35,140 nucleotides of DNA from an uncultured Verrucomicrobiota bacterium (GTDB lineage: Bacteria > Verrucomicrobiota > Kiritimatiellia > RFP12 > UBA1067), in contig CAMOXA010000002.1 of assembly GCA_946628745.1 (NCBI GenBank), positions 1 through 35,140 on the forward strand, read 5' to 3'. Shown piece by piece: positions 9,101 through 19,102 of the stretch (positions within the stretch are counted from its first letter, which is position 1; each line of letters starts with the position of its first letter). The translations under genes were made by a program, and so were the position numbers. Under the pieces are notes generated by a model. That model saw nothing but the letters and a program-made list of their open reading frames with translations. It did no database searches and was not told where the DNA came from.

Positions 9101-9563
9101 CGACATCAACTTCCCCGAGCTGCCGGCTATTGCGGCCGCGCGCCCGATCGGCGACGACATCATAGACACGGTCTACCATGCGTGGGCCACGGCGATCGAG
9201 AAGATAGCCGATGCTGTCGGCGGCACGTCGAACAACATAACCTACTACGACGCCCCGATGGAACAGCCGTTCTTCCACGTTCGCTCGATCGATTCGAACG
9301 TCTCGGTGTATCCTGGCGCGACGATTGTCATGGGCGGCCTGATCACCGAGCAGCGCAAGGCGATGGACGACAAGATACCGTTCCTCGGCGACATACCGTT
9401 TGTCGGCAGGCTCTTCCGCAGCCACTCCGAGCAGACGTCCAAGCGCAACCTGCTCATTTTCGTGACGACGCGTCTCGTCGACGTGAGAGGCCGCGAAGTG
9501 CCGATGGGTTCTTTTGACGTCAAGGACACCGACGTCAAGGCAGCGCCCTCTGACGGCGAATGA
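6147..9563 (+). CDS. Giant secretin (GspD/PilQ superfamily, Amuc_1098-like outer-membrane channel), 1138 aa
   Basis: Signal-like N-terminus NLKNLVAISATAALVAIGNNVIAQ, with an alternative ATG at 6165. Acidic E/P/A/V repeats are followed by TPR-like helical segments. The secretin core includes LIEIEARFVEVCQDDLNSLGFEW, LLSAPKVLTRPGEEAVIKV and the C-terminal signature GGLITE...DKIPFLGDIPFVGRLFRSHSEQTSKRNLLIFVTTRLV. Confidence 0.9.
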   Translation: MEHVFAMTNLKNLVAISATAALVAIGNNVIAQDDLDDLLKDLAEKPAAEETVKAEEPADAEEPVADADEPAVEEPVAEPDEPAVEEPVAEEPVADADEPAVEEPVAEPGEPAVDEPVSDDDAGPVADADETPVADEEPVAEEPAVEEPAVVAEEPAVEEPAVVAEEPVEEPAVAAEEPAVVAEEPPENDVKPVVDTLDDMAAEEPAALIPDKDAELIENLRTTRELSLKAYALQAQREHEEAGKSMAGEEYLEAARHYANAVKLLNDSPKYAELRKECEQGIADALYRAAMQEDAMGRRDRAMKLMEKAVARRHPKARRQLQSWKAAGDPDANKTDVSEIKHYRNDEEFKKLRAKNNQHLKRANQLLAARQLDQAQDECGLVLVSDPHNQEAIRLMNTINKKRHTVTMQERESARKGMIADVDEAWRPVYAPDVREVEDVKDTVRGPVDVKDPERSAEQQIVKRMKEMRLPAISFKPPATIIDAVEFFRTASKDYDRPEIPLEQRGFNFFIKPRETIKASAPAGEEESSGFGAEDDDSAIAAQSGVPVIPMITASDISFYEALKLVCESVEYKFKVQGQMVVVMHKDAAIEDMVTRSYPVLSSFMERMDSASSDMKEMRTGGFGGSSSNSRRDEGEENQERDWKEFFELLGVKWPEGSSIMYIKTIGKLRVKNTYENLAELEQALTEMNADPKLIEIEARFVEVCQDDLNSLGFEWILNSDYSLNPGSHISRLFNLKHGAFGKSSGSSTTSTDYTSTTASSATTGGVVNNGGTTTTLAANNTTSKSASRTVFAQSNGASWVRAPGRPRNIGISGMGGDADYTGGANRYLSTLDNHISGEGYSTNDRFMRLNAFVGAADLSLILHMLSQRSDTDLLSAPKVLTRPGEEAVIKVVTEYIYPTDYDVQLQSSSSGSSGNYGGSQSAILAVVEPQSFTMREVGVILDVTPTLTDDGNLIDLKLNTQVVDEPTWKNYGMRIPFTGNSNSGDINFPELPAIAAARPIGDDIIDTVYHAWATAIEKIADAVGGTSNNITYYDAPMEQPFFHVRSIDSNVSVYPGATIVMGGLITEQRKAMDDKIPFLGDIPFVGRLFRSHSEQTSKRNLLIFVTTRLVDVRGREVPMGSFDVKDTDVKAAPSDGE
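6276..6707 (+). repeat. Coding tandem-repeat tract for an acidic E/P/A/V-rich region of the secretin N-terminus
   Basis: An imperfect 87-bp duplication occupies 6339-6425 and 6426-~6497 (GCCGACGCCGACGAGCCTGCCGT...). A 36-bp duplication occupies 6561-6596 and 6597-6632 with 2 mismatches, followed by degenerate further copies. It encodes (EEPVA/EEPAV)n over aa 44-187. Confidence 0.85.
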
Positions 9564-9567
9564 CGCG

Positions 9568-10122
9568 ATGGTGAAAATCGCAATGACTGGAGGGATTGCC
9601 TGCGGCAAATCCCTCCTTTCGTCTTATCTCAGGGACCTGGGCGTCGAAACGCTCGACGCGGACGATGTGGTGCACGCGCTCGTCCCCGCCGAAGAGCGCA
9701 GGCGTCTGGCCAAAGTGGTCTTCGCCGACGCCAGCGCGCGGCGCGCGCTCGAGGCGCGTCTGCACCCGCTGGTGCGCGAGAGGATTCGCGCCTGGTTCGC
9801 AGAAGGAGGCTCCGCGCCGAAGGTTGCGATAATTCCTCTTCTTTTCGAGGTGCATTGGGAAGCGGATTATGATATAATATCATGCGTCGTCTCATCTCGG
9901 GAGAAGCAGATCGAGAGAATGACGGCACTGCGGGGCTACACCCGCGAGGAGGCCGAAGCCCGGCTCGCCGCCCAGATGGACGTGTCGGAGAAGGCCGCAA
10001 AATCCCAGTACGTGATCCGCAACGACGGGTCGGCCGCAGAGCTGAGGGCCGAGGCCGAAAAGTTCGTCTCGTGGCTCGCGCAGCAACAGCATGGCGCGCT
10101 GTTCCCGAAGCGCCGGATATAA
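9568..10122 (+). CDS. coaE: Dephospho-CoA kinase
   Basis: [15 protein letters not shown] carries the P-loop, and [10 protein letters not shown] is a typical CoaE block. Length is 184 aa. The longer track ORF from 9514 overlaps the secretin 3' end, so I prefer the ATG at 9568. Confidence 0.85.
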   Translation: MVKIAMTGGIACGKSLLSSYLRDLGVETLDADDVVHALVPAEERRRLAKVVFADASARRALEARLHPLVRERIRAWFAEGGSAPKVAIIPLLFEVHWEADYDIISCVVSSREKQIERMTALRGYTREEAEARLAAQMDVSEKAAKSQYVIRNDGSAAELRAEAEKFVSWLAQQQHGALFPKRRI

Positions 10123-10136
10123 GGAGAGATACAAAG

Positions 10137-11687
10137 ATGGCAGATGAATTCGACGTTTTCGCGCAGGCTGAAAAACCTGCGCCGCAGCAGAGCGCCCAAC
10201 CGCAGCAGGGTGCACAGCCACCGCCGGCGCAGGGCGGTGTGAAGCGCCAATTCCACAAGGGCAGGTCGCCCCACAGAGGGCCGAAGACGAACACGTCCCC
10301 GATCAGGGGTTCAAACGGATCGGAGTCCGTCAACCCTCTTCTCAACGCTCCTCTCCCCACCGGGCAGGCGGCGACCGAGACTGCCGCACCGGTGAACCCG
10401 AACCGCGATCCGTCGCTTGAAGAATACCGTCTCGCCGACATCCAGATATGGCCGGCCCAGCAGATCGTCGACAGGATGATGCCGGGGGCCGATCCGGAGG
10501 AGCTCGGCACGTACCGCAAGCACGAGCTCATCTTCGCGGCAATCCGCGCGTACTTGGCGAAGGGTGGTGCGGTGCTCGCCTCGGGATGTCTCGAAATCGT
10601 CCGCGAGGGGCACGGTTTTCTGCGTTCGGCCAAGAACAACTTTCTCGCATGTCCCGAAGACGTCTTCGTCACGCAACAGCAGATACGCCGGCACGCTCTC
10701 CGAACCGGCGACATCATTGAAGGGCCGATTCGCGATCCGCGCGACCGCGACCGCTTTTTCTGCCTCGGCAACGTCAATACCGTAAACGGCAAGGAGCCTT
10801 CGGTCGCGGCTCGCGTCGTCCATTTCGAGAACCTGACGCCGACCTTCCCCACGCGCCGCATCGTGCTTGAGACAGTCGAAAACGAATATTCGATGCGCGT
10901 CATCGACCTTTTCACGCCGATCGGCTTCGGACAGCGCGGGCTGATCATCGCGCCGCCGCGCGTGGGCAAGACCGTGCTTCTGCAGAAGATGGCGAATGCC
11001 ATAACAGCCAACTACCCCGACGCGATGCTCATCGTCCTGCTTATAGACGAGCGTCCCGAGGAAGTGACGGACATGCAGCGCAACACAAAGGCGATGGTTC
11101 TTTCGTCCACGTTCGACGAGGAGCCGCAGCACCATGTCAATGTCGCCGAGATGGTGATAGAGATGTCAAAGCGCCAGGTCGAAAACGGGCGAGACGTCAT
11201 CATCCTGCTCGACTCCATAACCCGCATGGCGCGCGCATACAACACCGTCCAGCCGCATTCCGGCAAGATACTCACGGGTGGTGTCGACGCGCTCGCGCTG
11301 CACCGTCCGAAGCGCTTCTTCGGCGCGGCGCGGAACATAGAGGGCGGCGGCTCGCTGACTATCATCGCGACAGGGCTCGTTGATACCGGCTCGAGGATGG
11401 ACGAGGTGATATTCGAAGAGTTCAAAGGAACCGGCAACATGGAGATCGTGCTGGACCGTGGTCTCGCCGACAAGAGGATTTTCCCGGCGATTGACGTCGA
11501 GAAGTCCGGCACGCGCAAGGAGGATCTGCTGCTGGAACCCCTCGAGATGGAAAAGACATGGGGCATGCGCCGCATCCTCGCGGACGCCGGCCCGGAGTCC
11601 GCCATGAAGTCCGTTCTGAATTCTCTCAAGAAGACGAAGTCGAACCCGGAGTTTCTGCTCGCGCTCGATCTCAAGAATCTGCAATAA
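10137..11687 (+). CDS. rho: Transcription termination factor Rho with a ~100-aa Q/P-rich N-terminal extension
   Basis: AAGGAGAG lies 8 nt upstream of the ATG at 10137. Rho motifs are [33 protein letters not shown] (Walker A), [13 protein letters not shown] and [36 protein letters not shown]. Confidence 0.93.
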   Translation: MADEFDVFAQAEKPAPQQSAQPQQGAQPPPAQGGVKRQFHKGRSPHRGPKTNTSPIRGSNGSESVNPLLNAPLPTGQAATETAAPVNPNRDPSLEEYRLADIQIWPAQQIVDRMMPGADPEELGTYRKHELIFAAIRAYLAKGGAVLASGCLEIVREGHGFLRSAKNNFLACPEDVFVTQQQIRRHALRTGDIIEGPIRDPRDRDRFFCLGNVNTVNGKEPSVAARVVHFENLTPTFPTRRIVLETVENEYSMRVIDLFTPIGFGQRGLIIAPPRVGKTVLLQKMANAITANYPDAMLIVLLIDERPEEVTDMQRNTKAMVLSSTFDEEPQHHVNVAEMVIEMSKRQVENGRDVIILLDSITRMARAYNTVQPHSGKILTGGVDALALHRPKRFFGAARNIEGGGSLTIIATGLVDTGSRMDEVIFEEFKGTGNMEIVLDRGLADKRIFPAIDVEKSGTRKEDLLLEPLEMEKTWGMRRILADAGPESAMKSVLNSLKKTKSNPEFLLALDLKNLQ

Positions 11688-11699
11688 GGAGGAGCGATC

Positions 11700-14600
11700 A
11701 TGAAGTTTTCAGGCGCGCAACGCGCGGCAATTGCTTTAGCGGCGTTCGCCCTCGCCGGACCGGCCGGGGCGACGAGCGTGTATTCCGGCGATTTTGTCTA
11801 TCTCGAAGGGATTGTCTCCAGGCTGGCCGACGGCGCCGCCGTGACGCCTTCGGGCTACCTGAACAACTTCGGCCCTGGAACCGGCGCTGTCGAGTACAGC
11901 GCAGTCCCGCCAAAAGGATACTCTCTCTCGCAATGGGTCGTCGTCGATGTCAACGACCAGTACCGCACCCTCGGCGAGGCGAAGCATTACGCGACGTTCG
12001 CCGATGATGCCGCCGTGCTGTCCTGGAGCGACGAATACGGGGAAGACGGGGACGATCCCTGGCCGCTGGCGGTGGAAATCGCGCCTTGCTTCACATGGCT
12101 AAAGTACGACCTCTATTTCGACCCGAACGTACCGAACTCCGAAGGGCCCGACGGAGCGCTCACACAGACGGGGCTCGTCTACACGAACGACGTCGAGATA
12201 GGCGCCGCCCCGGTCGAAAGCCCCTGGCTGCGCCCGTATTATACGCTCGAGGGTCTCGCGACGGCGCCCGACGCCGAAGAGGCCATGTTCGGTTTCGGGA
12301 CGGTCGTCGAGTCCGCCGGCGCGAGTTTCGGCGCCACGGCGGATGGCGCCGTCACGCTCTATGGCGTGTGGCGGCCGCGGGTCGTGACGATCGAGCTTGA
12401 CGCGGACGGCGGCGAAGTTTCGTCAAACGCCGTATATGTCGTCGGCGCGGAGGCGTGCCCGGCCCTGCCTGTCCCGGTCAGAAAGCACTATGTCTTCGGC
12501 GGATGGTTCGTAGATGGCGCGAGAATCGCCGCCGGCAGCAAAATCGAAGAGGAAGACGGCGTGACGCTGCAGGCCGTTGCGGGATGGGTCCCCGAGACAA
12601 ACAGACTCGCTTTCGACAAGCGCGGCGGCGAAGGCGGCACGGATTTTGCGGAACCTTCCTACGGCGAGGACATGCCGGAAATCGAACCGCCGTCGCGCGA
12701 AGGCTTCGTCTTTGAGGGCTATTTCACTTTCTCTTGCGGGGGCGAGCAGTACTACGACGCCGCAGGGTGCGGCGTCCGCGAGTGGGATAGAGGCGCCGAC
12801 GGTACGCTGTATGCGCAGTGGAAGCCCGTTGTGCAGGCGGCGCGCCAATCGCAAATGGCCCGTTTCGCCAACGTGCGCATGCTCCTCGATACGCCGCCCG
12901 GCGAAGACCTCGGCGAAATCTCTGCGGCGACCGGTGCGGATTTCGCCATTGGTTCCGGCGGGCTTCTGTCAGCCGCCTGGACCGCAGACTCCGCCGTTTT
13001 CGCTGAAGGCGACAGCTCGCTCAAGATCTGCGGCGTACCCGATCTGCAGTATTTCTCGATGACCGGCACGGTCAGCGGGGCCGGCACGATTGTTTTCAAA
13101 TGCCGCGCCGACATCGCGATGGTCGCGTCTGGCGAGAGCGATTCGTCTGGCCTCAATATCGGTATCGGCCGAAAGCAGATGATGACGCTTCGTCCGCAGA
13201 CGCTGGAGCATATCGACATCGCCGAATCGAACAAGTGGATCAAGTGCAGCCGCCGCATCGAGGCCACCGGCGATACGCTCCTGTGGTGGGAGGCTTGGTC
13301 GCTTGATGTCTTTGGCGAAGGTTCGACGTTGTGGTTGGATGACATACGGTGGATTCCGCTCGGCCCCGCAGTGCCTTCGGCTGTTACCGTCTCTGATTTC
13401 AGCGGAGCATACGACGGCGCGTCGCATGGCCCCGTCGTGGAAACGGTAGATTCCGAAATGGCTCCCGCGGTGCGCTTCGCCGCGACAGAGGAGGGGCCGT
13501 TCGAACTGGAAGAGTTCGCTTTCTCGGACGTGGTTTCCACGACAGTATGGTATGTTGCAACGGCCGACTACTGCACACCTGTCACGAACAGCGTGACGAT
13601 TCAGATCTCGCAGGCCGAAAACAAGTGGAGTATCGAGCCTTTCATAGCGGATTGGAAAGCCGGCGAGACGCCGGTCGTCACGAACGGTGTCGCCAAGTTC
13701 GGCGGCACTGCCTCGGTCGCCTATTACACCGCGGCGGATTCGAAACTCTCCGGCCGCCCGTCGGAGGCCGGGGATTACCGTGCAGAGTTTTTCGTAGCCG
13801 GAACGGATAATTGGACCGCCCTCACCAAATCGATATCGTTCAGCATAGCCGAAGCAGACCCCGAACCAGGTACAAACCCGGAGCCCGGTACCGATCCCGA
13901 GCCCGGCACCAACCCCGAACCAGGTACAAACCCGGAGCCAGGCACCGATCCCGAGCCCGGTACCGACCCTGGATCAGATACGGAACAGTTGGCAGAGATG
14001 GCACTGTATGTTGTAGATTGCGAGGGTACATATGATAGGGACGGCCATACGATCGAGATAATTCCCGTGTCGGCGATTCCCGGCGTAGTGTTCAAGTATG
14101 CCGCGACGGAGGACGGCGAGTTCGGCACCGCACCGATTATGTTCACCAACGCGATGGATTCCGCAGCGACCGTATGGTATGCCGTCGAGGCCGCGGGCTA
14201 CACGAGCGTGACGAACAGTGCGACGGTCATGATACACGAAGCGCCCGAAGGCTGGCTCGAAGACCTTCCCGCTCCGGATACGGACCCTGACGAAGAACCA
14301 GGCGAAGACCCGGGTGCGGAGCCGGAACAGGGCGGCGGCAACGAGACGGTCGACCCCGAAACGGATTCGCCGGCATCCGGCGTAATCGATTCCACCTTCG
14401 CGAAGAGCCAGAAGCATCGCGGCGCCATGTACGCGAGCGATGGTTCTCTCGTCGGCGTCGCCGAGATTTCGTTCGGCAAGGCGAGCCGCAACGGTGCCGT
14501 CAGGGTGACCGGTGGCGTCACGCTCATGAACGGCAAGAAGGTCTCGGCGAAATCCTCCACTCTCGCTGCCGACGGCAGCGGCGGAATGCAGGGCGTGCTG

Positions 14601-15137
14601 GTGTTCAAAGCGCCTTTCGGCGCAATGGATCTCGCGGTCGCGGCGGACGGCGGTTTTCGTCTGGACAGCGCCGGCTTCAAGATGGTCGCGGCGGCGGTAG
14701 GCGGTCAGCCCGGCGGCGGCGCGAGAGGGGTCTTCCGGCTCGGCGGCGATTTTGATCTAGAGCCCGCCGGTGAACTGCAGACGTGGCTGCTGCCGGCGGA
14801 AGTCGGGTTCGACATCGTCAAGGGTAAATGGAAGTTCGCCAGGAATGCGTCCGTGAAAATCTCTAAGGACCCTGCAACAGGCGAATACATGCTCGCGGTG
14901 GATACGGGCAGGAACGGCGACAAGACGAACGTGTCGGCCGTGAAACTGACCTACACCGCCAAGACCGGCAAGTTCAAAGGATCCTTCAAGGTGTATGACG
15001 TCGTTTCGACTGGCAGCCGTCCTCGGCTGAAGAAGTATACGGTGAATGTCTCCGGCTTCGTGCTGGACGGCAAGGGCACGGGCCAGGCGACGTGCAAACG
15101 TCCGGCCGGCGGACCATGGAGCGTGACGGTAGAGTAG
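11700..15137 (+). CDS. Large secreted or surface repeat protein (1145 aa) with Listeria-Bacteroides-type repeats, a duplicated module and a PEPGT[ND] linker
   Basis: AAGGAGGAG precedes the ATG at 11700. The signal peptide is [18 protein letters not shown]. Repeat signatures are YYTLEGLAT...[18 protein letters not shown]...AGW and GFVFEGYF...LYAQWKP. Two related modules carry ..YDG..H...(F/Y)AATE(E/D)G.F....TVWY(V/A)...VTNS.T. The C-terminal beta-rich module is [19 protein letters not shown]...[16 protein letters not shown]. Confidence 0.8.
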   Translation: MKFSGAQRAAIALAAFALAGPAGATSVYSGDFVYLEGIVSRLADGAAVTPSGYLNNFGPGTGAVEYSAVPPKGYSLSQWVVVDVNDQYRTLGEAKHYATFADDAAVLSWSDEYGEDGDDPWPLAVEIAPCFTWLKYDLYFDPNVPNSEGPDGALTQTGLVYTNDVEIGAAPVESPWLRPYYTLEGLATAPDAEEAMFGFGTVVESAGASFGATADGAVTLYGVWRPRVVTIELDADGGEVSSNAVYVVGAEACPALPVPVRKHYVFGGWFVDGARIAAGSKIEEEDGVTLQAVAGWVPETNRLAFDKRGGEGGTDFAEPSYGEDMPEIEPPSREGFVFEGYFTFSCGGEQYYDAAGCGVREWDRGADGTLYAQWKPVVQAARQSQMARFANVRMLLDTPPGEDLGEISAATGADFAIGSGGLLSAAWTADSAVFAEGDSSLKICGVPDLQYFSMTGTVSGAGTIVFKCRADIAMVASGESDSSGLNIGIGRKQMMTLRPQTLEHIDIAESNKWIKCSRRIEATGDTLLWWEAWSLDVFGEGSTLWLDDIRWIPLGPAVPSAVTVSDFSGAYDGASHGPVVETVDSEMAPAVRFAATEEGPFELEEFAFSDVVSTTVWYVATADYCTPVTNSVTIQISQAENKWSIEPFIADWKAGETPVVTNGVAKFGGTASVAYYTAADSKLSGRPSEAGDYRAEFFVAGTDNWTALTKSISFSIAEADPEPGTNPEPGTDPEPGTNPEPGTNPEPGTDPEPGTDPGSDTEQLAEMALYVVDCEGTYDRDGHTIEIIPVSAIPGVVFKYAATEDGEFGTAPIMFTNAMDSAATVWYAVEAAGYTSVTNSATVMIHEAPEGWLEDLPAPDTDPDEEPGEDPGAEPEQGGGNETVDPETDSPASGVIDSTFAKSQKHRGAMYASDGSLVGVAEISFGKASRNGAVRVTGGVTLMNGKKVSAKSSTLAADGSGGMQGVLVFKAPFGAMDLAVAADGGFRLDSAGFKMVAAAVGGQPGGGARGVFRLGGDFDLEPAGELQTWLLPAEVGFDIVKGKWKFARNASVKISKDPATGEYMLAVDTGRNGDKTNVSAVKLTYTAKTGKFKGSFKVYDVVSTGSRPRLKKYTVNVSGFVLDGKGTGQATCKRPAGGPWSVTVE
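13860..13967 (+). repeat. Six in-frame 18-bp tandem repeats encoding PEPGT(N/D)
   Basis: The sequence reads CCCGAACCAGGTACAAAC CCGGAGCCCGGTACCGAT CCCGAGCCCGGCACCAAC CCCGAACCAGGTACAAAC CCGGAGCCAGGCACCGAT CCCGAGCCCGGTACCGAC. The tract lies between the two duplicated modules. Confidence 0.9.
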
Positions 15138-15139
15138 GT

Positions 15140-17971
15140 ATGCAGGCTGGAGAGATGGGCGACATAGTGATAACCGGCGCGCGGATGCACAACCTGCGCG
15201 GCATAGACGTTAGAATCCCCCGCAATTCGCTGACGGTCGTAACTGGGCTTTCTGGCAGCGGCAAGTCCACGCTCGCCTTCGACACGCTCTACGCCGAGGG
15301 GCAGCGCCGCTACGTGGAGAGCCTTTCGGCTTATGCGCGGCAGTTTCTCGACAGGATGCAGAAGCCGGACGTCGAAAAGATAGAAGGTCTGTCGCCCGCG
15401 ATATCGATTGAACAGCGCACCACCAGCGGCAACCCGCGCTCGATCGTCGCGACGGTCACCGAGATACACGACTATCTCCGGGTGCTCTACGGCTCGGCGG
15501 CCGAGGCGCACTGTCCGAAGTGCGGCAAGGCCGTCCGCCGCCAGTCAGCCGAAGAGATTGTGGACGCGATACTTTCCGGCGGGGCCCGCGGCGGGGAAAA
15601 GCGGCGCATCATCCTCTACGCGCCGGTCGTAAAAGGCAAGAAGGGCCGCCACGAGGCGGTTGTCGAGGAGTTGAAGCGCAAGGGCTTTTCGAGAATACGC
15701 GTCGACGGGACGGCGTGTCTTCTTGAGGAGGTGCCGGAACTCGACAAGAAAAAGGCGCACAATATCGATGTGACGATAGACCGGCTGGTAGTGCCGTGCG
15801 ACAGGACGCGCCTTACCGACTCCGTCGAACTGGCGCTCAAGACCGGCGCCGGGACGATGTTCGTCGAAGAGCAGACCGAAGGTTCGCCCGTGGAGACGGC
15901 GTATTCGGAACTGAACGCCTGCCCGGACTGCGGCATATCGTTCGACGAACTCAAGCCGCGTTCGTTCTCGTTCAACTCTCCGTTCGGCGCGTGTCCCGTC
16001 TGCTCGGGTCTCGGCCAGCTCTACTTTTTCGACGAGGATCTCGTCGTGCCCGACCGAACGCTGCCTCTCAGGGAATGCATACACCCGTGGCGGCGGGCCG
16101 GGCACAACGCGATCATGTACTACAACGCGCTGCTTGAGCAGATAGCCGGCCAGTACAAGGTCGACCTCGACACGCCCTACGAAAAGCTGCCGGCGAGGTT
16201 CCGCCACGACCTGATGCACGGTTTCAAGGACGATCTCGTCCTGCCGTGGCGCAATGTCGACCGTCCGTTCGAAGGCGTGCTGGCGACGCTTCAGCGCAGG
16301 CTCGAAGAGGCCGAGGACGACGAGACGCGCGCGAAGTGGGAAGCTTACCAGAGCTACCGCACGTGCCCTGAATGCCACGGCTCGCGGCTTCGTCCTGAAT
16401 CCCGTGCGGCGACGTTCAACGGGCGTACGATCGTCGAAACGATGGCGATGCCCGTCACCGGGGCGCTCGCGTTCTTCAAGTCCGTGACTCCGCCGCCCGG
16501 CCTTGGCGACGTTCTGGGCGAGATCGTCCGCCGGCTGCAGTTCCTGCTCGATGTAGGTTTGGAGTATCTTACGCTAGACCGTCCTTCCTCGACGCTTTCC
16601 GGCGGCGAGATGCAGCGCATACGCCTCGCGACGCAGATAGGCTCGGGCCTCACCGGGGTGCTCTATGTTCTGGACGAGCCGACAATCGGTCTGCACCCGC
16701 GCGACAACGAGCGCCTGATCGCGACGCTGAAGGGCCTGCGCGACCGCGGCAACACCGTCGTCGTCGTCGAGCACGACGAGGAGATGATGCGCGCGGCGGA
16801 TTACATTGTGGACCTCGGCCCGGGCGCCGGCCGGGAGGGCGGGCGCATAATGTACCAGGGCGGCTTCAAGGGCCTTCTGAAGTGCAAATCGCTGACGGCC
16901 GACTATCTCACCGGCCGCAGGCGCATCGCGGATGTCGCGGCGGACCGCGAAGGGCGGGCTTCGCGCGCGGCCGCCGCCGGACGGCGCTTCGACAGGTTCC
17001 TGACGATATCGGGCTGCAGCGAACACAATCTCAAGAACTTGACGGTGCGCTTCCCGGTCGGGGCGTTCACCGTTGTGTCGGGAGTTTCCGGCAGCGGAAA
17101 GTCGACGCTTGTCGAAGAGACTCTAAAGCGCGCGCTCATGCAGAGGTTCTACCGTTCCAAGGCGAAACCCGGCAAGTTCCGCAAGCTTTCCGGCGCGGAT
17201 AATTTCGACAAGGTGATCGAGATCGACCAATCGCCTATCGGCAGGACGCCTCGCTCGAACCCGGCGACGTATGTAGGGTTCTTTTCAGAGATACGCGAGC
17301 TTTTCGCCATGACTGAAGCGGCGAAGGCCCGCGGCTACACGGCCGGCCGCTTTTCCTTCAACGTCAAGGGCGGACGGTGCGAAGTGTGCGGCGGCGACGG
17401 CCTGCGAAAGCTCGAGATGAGTTTTCTGCCCGACGTGTACGTCACGTGCGAACAGTGCGGCGGACGGCGCTTCAACGCCGAGACGCTCGAAGTGACATAC
17501 GGCGGCCGCAACATATCCGAAGTCCTAGACATGACTGTCGCCGAGGCATGCGGCTTTTTCTCCAAGGTGCCGTCTCTTTCGCGCAAGCTCAAGACTCTCG
17601 CCGACGTGGGCCTCGGGTATGTCGCCCTCGGCCAGCCCGCGACCACTCTCTCGGGCGGCGAGGCGCAGCGCATAAAACTCGCCGCCGAGCTCTCGCGGCG
17701 CTCGACCGGCAAGACGCTATACCTCCTGGACGAGCCTACGACAGGACTGCACTTCGACGACGTCGCCAAGCTCATGCGGCTTCTCCTGCGCCTGCGCGAC
17801 CAGGGCAATACCATAATCGTCATAGAACACAATACGGACGTCATCCGCTGCGCGGACTGGGTCGTCGACCTCGGGCCCGGCGGCGGTGCCGCCGGCGGCG
17901 AACTCGTGTGCGAAGGAACGGTCGACGACGTGCGATCTTGTCCGCGCTCGGTTACCGGACGGTTCCTCTAA
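15140..17971 (+). CDS. uvrA: Excinuclease ABC subunit A
   Basis: Motifs are [35 protein letters not shown], the zinc modules CPKCG, CPDCG...CPVCSG and CEVCGGDG...CEQCGG, the ABC signatures LSGGEMQRI and LSGGEAQRI, and a second Walker [11 protein letters not shown]. The ATG at 15140 follows the upstream stop at 15135-15137. An alternative start is the ATG at 15155. Confidence 0.95.
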   Translation: MQAGEMGDIVITGARMHNLRGIDVRIPRNSLTVVTGLSGSGKSTLAFDTLYAEGQRRYVESLSAYARQFLDRMQKPDVEKIEGLSPAISIEQRTTSGNPRSIVATVTEIHDYLRVLYGSAAEAHCPKCGKAVRRQSAEEIVDAILSGGARGGEKRRIILYAPVVKGKKGRHEAVVEELKRKGFSRIRVDGTACLLEEVPELDKKKAHNIDVTIDRLVVPCDRTRLTDSVELALKTGAGTMFVEEQTEGSPVETAYSELNACPDCGISFDELKPRSFSFNSPFGACPVCSGLGQLYFFDEDLVVPDRTLPLRECIHPWRRAGHNAIMYYNALLEQIAGQYKVDLDTPYEKLPARFRHDLMHGFKDDLVLPWRNVDRPFEGVLATLQRRLEEAEDDETRAKWEAYQSYRTCPECHGSRLRPESRAATFNGRTIVETMAMPVTGALAFFKSVTPPPGLGDVLGEIVRRLQFLLDVGLEYLTLDRPSSTLSGGEMQRIRLATQIGSGLTGVLYVLDEPTIGLHPRDNERLIATLKGLRDRGNTVVVVEHDEEMMRAADYIVDLGPGAGREGGRIMYQGGFKGLLKCKSLTADYLTGRRRIADVAADREGRASRAAAAGRRFDRFLTISGCSEHNLKNLTVRFPVGAFTVVSGVSGSGKSTLVEETLKRALMQRFYRSKAKPGKFRKLSGADNFDKVIEIDQSPIGRTPRSNPATYVGFFSEIRELFAMTEAAKARGYTAGRFSFNVKGGRCEVCGGDGLRKLEMSFLPDVYVTCEQCGGRRFNAETLEVTYGGRNISEVLDMTVAEACGFFSKVPSLSRKLKTLADVGLGYVALGQPATTLSGGEAQRIKLAAELSRRSTGKTLYLLDEPTTGLHFDDVAKLMRLLLRLRDQGNTIIVIEHNTDVIRCADWVVDLGPGGGAAGGELVCEGTVDDVRSCPRSVTGRFL

Positions 17972-18022
17972 CCTGCGTGAAGATTTGACATGCCGACAAA
18001 CCCACATTGAAAGGAGCATACA

Positions 18023-19060
18023 ATGGCAAAAGAAACACCGAAAGAAACGAAGAAGTCAACCGGCAACACCGCGCTCGACGCGGTAATGAGCCAGATACGC
18101 AAAGAATTCGGCGAAATGTCGATCATGCGCCTCGGCGACCAGGAAGTCAAGGAGATTCCGGTGATTCCGACGGGCGCGCTCTCGCTCGACATGGCGCTCG
18201 GCGTGGGCGGACTGCCGCGCGGCCGCGTCGTGGAGTGCTACGGCCAGGAGTCTTCGGGCAAGACCACTCTCGCGCTGCACGTCGTCGCCAACGCCCAGAA
18301 GGCGGGCGGCACCGCGGCGTTCATCGATGCCGAGCACGCGCTCGACCCCGGCTACGCGAAAAAAATCGGCGTAGACCTCGACAATCTCATCGTCTCCCAG
18401 CCCAACAGCGGCGAGGAGGCGCTTACAATCTGCGAGCAGCTGTGCAAGTCGGGCGCACTTGATGTCATCGTTGTCGATTCCGTCGCGGCGCTCACTCCGC
18501 AGGCCGAGATAGACGGCAACATGGGCGACTCGCACATGGGCCTCCAGGCGCGTCTGATGTCACAGGCCATGCGAAAGCTTACGAGCGTGCTGGCCGCCAC
18601 GAAGACGTTGTGCATATTCACGAACCAGGTGCGCGAGAAGATCGGCGTCATGTTCGGCAACCCCGAGACGACGCCCGGCGGCAAGGCCCTGAAGTTCTAC
18701 GCCTCGGTGCGCCTGCAGGTGCAGCGCATCGGCGCGATAAAGAATACCGCCGGCCAGGTCGTCGGCAACCGTACGCGCGTCAAGGTCGTCAAGAACAAGG
18801 TGGCGCCGCCTTTCACCGAGGCTGAATTCGACATACTCTACACGTGCGGAATATCCTACGAGGGTTCCGTCCTCGACGCGGCTCTTGCGCGCGGCGTGGT
18901 CGAAAAGCGCGGCAGCTGGCTGTCGTTCGGCGACGAACAGCTCGCCCAGGGCTCGCTCGCGACGATAGACTACTTGCGCGCCAACCCCGAAGTCACGGCC
19001 AGGATTGTCGATCTCGTCAAGTCCTCCCCGGTCAACCCCGCCCTGGCGAAAAAGAAATAA
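18023..19060 (+). CDS. recA: Recombinase RecA
   Basis: AGGAG lies 6 nt upstream. Motifs are [71 protein letters not shown] and KNKVAPPF. Confidence 0.97.
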   Translation: MAKETPKETKKSTGNTALDAVMSQIRKEFGEMSIMRLGDQEVKEIPVIPTGALSLDMALGVGGLPRGRVVECYGQESSGKTTLALHVVANAQKAGGTAAFIDAEHALDPGYAKKIGVDLDNLIVSQPNSGEEALTICEQLCKSGALDVIVVDSVAALTPQAEIDGNMGDSHMGLQARLMSQAMRKLTSVLAATKTLCIFTNQVREKIGVMFGNPETTPGGKALKFYASVRLQVQRIGAIKNTAGQVVGNRTRVKVVKNKVAPPFTEAEFDILYTCGISYEGSVLDAALARGVVEKRGSWLSFGDEQLAQGSLATIDYLRANPEVTARIVDLVKSSPVNPALAKKK

Positions 19061-19093
19061 ACCAACGATTTTCCCCAATTCGCGCGCCGGATT

Positions 19094-19102
19094 TGGTAAA
19101 AT
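19094..19102 (+). promoter_or_regulatory. Candidate extended -10 element (TGgTAAAAT) upstream of tig
   Basis: It lies in the 80-nt recA-tig spacer. AAGGAG is at 19125-19130, 10 nt before the ATG at 19141. There is no convincing -35. Confidence 0.25.

Noticed and set aside
9882-11687. Extended 5' versions of track ORFs for rho (9882), clpX (20590), deoC (23518), the GHMP kinase (33693), uvrA (15092), the Amuc_1100-like gene (3990) and the Zn-ribbon gene (4946)
   Set aside because: In each case the extension overlaps the preceding well-supported gene and is compositionally Arg-rich. Internal starts with ribosome-binding sites or stop/start coupling give proteins that begin at the conserved family N-terminus.
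13860-13967. Short tandem repeats considered as a possible CRISPR-like array (also 6339-6632)
   Set aside because: The units are contiguous with no spacers. They are in frame within long CDSs and encode low-complexity peptide repeats, so they are not CRISPR.
17985-18015. TTGACA hexamer and weak dyad (TTGAC-N5-GACAA) upstream of recA as a possible promoter or SOS box
   Set aside because: No acceptable -10 lies at 16-18 nt spacing. The dyad is only 4/5 per half-site and matches no LexA consensus I can name. Evidence is insufficient.
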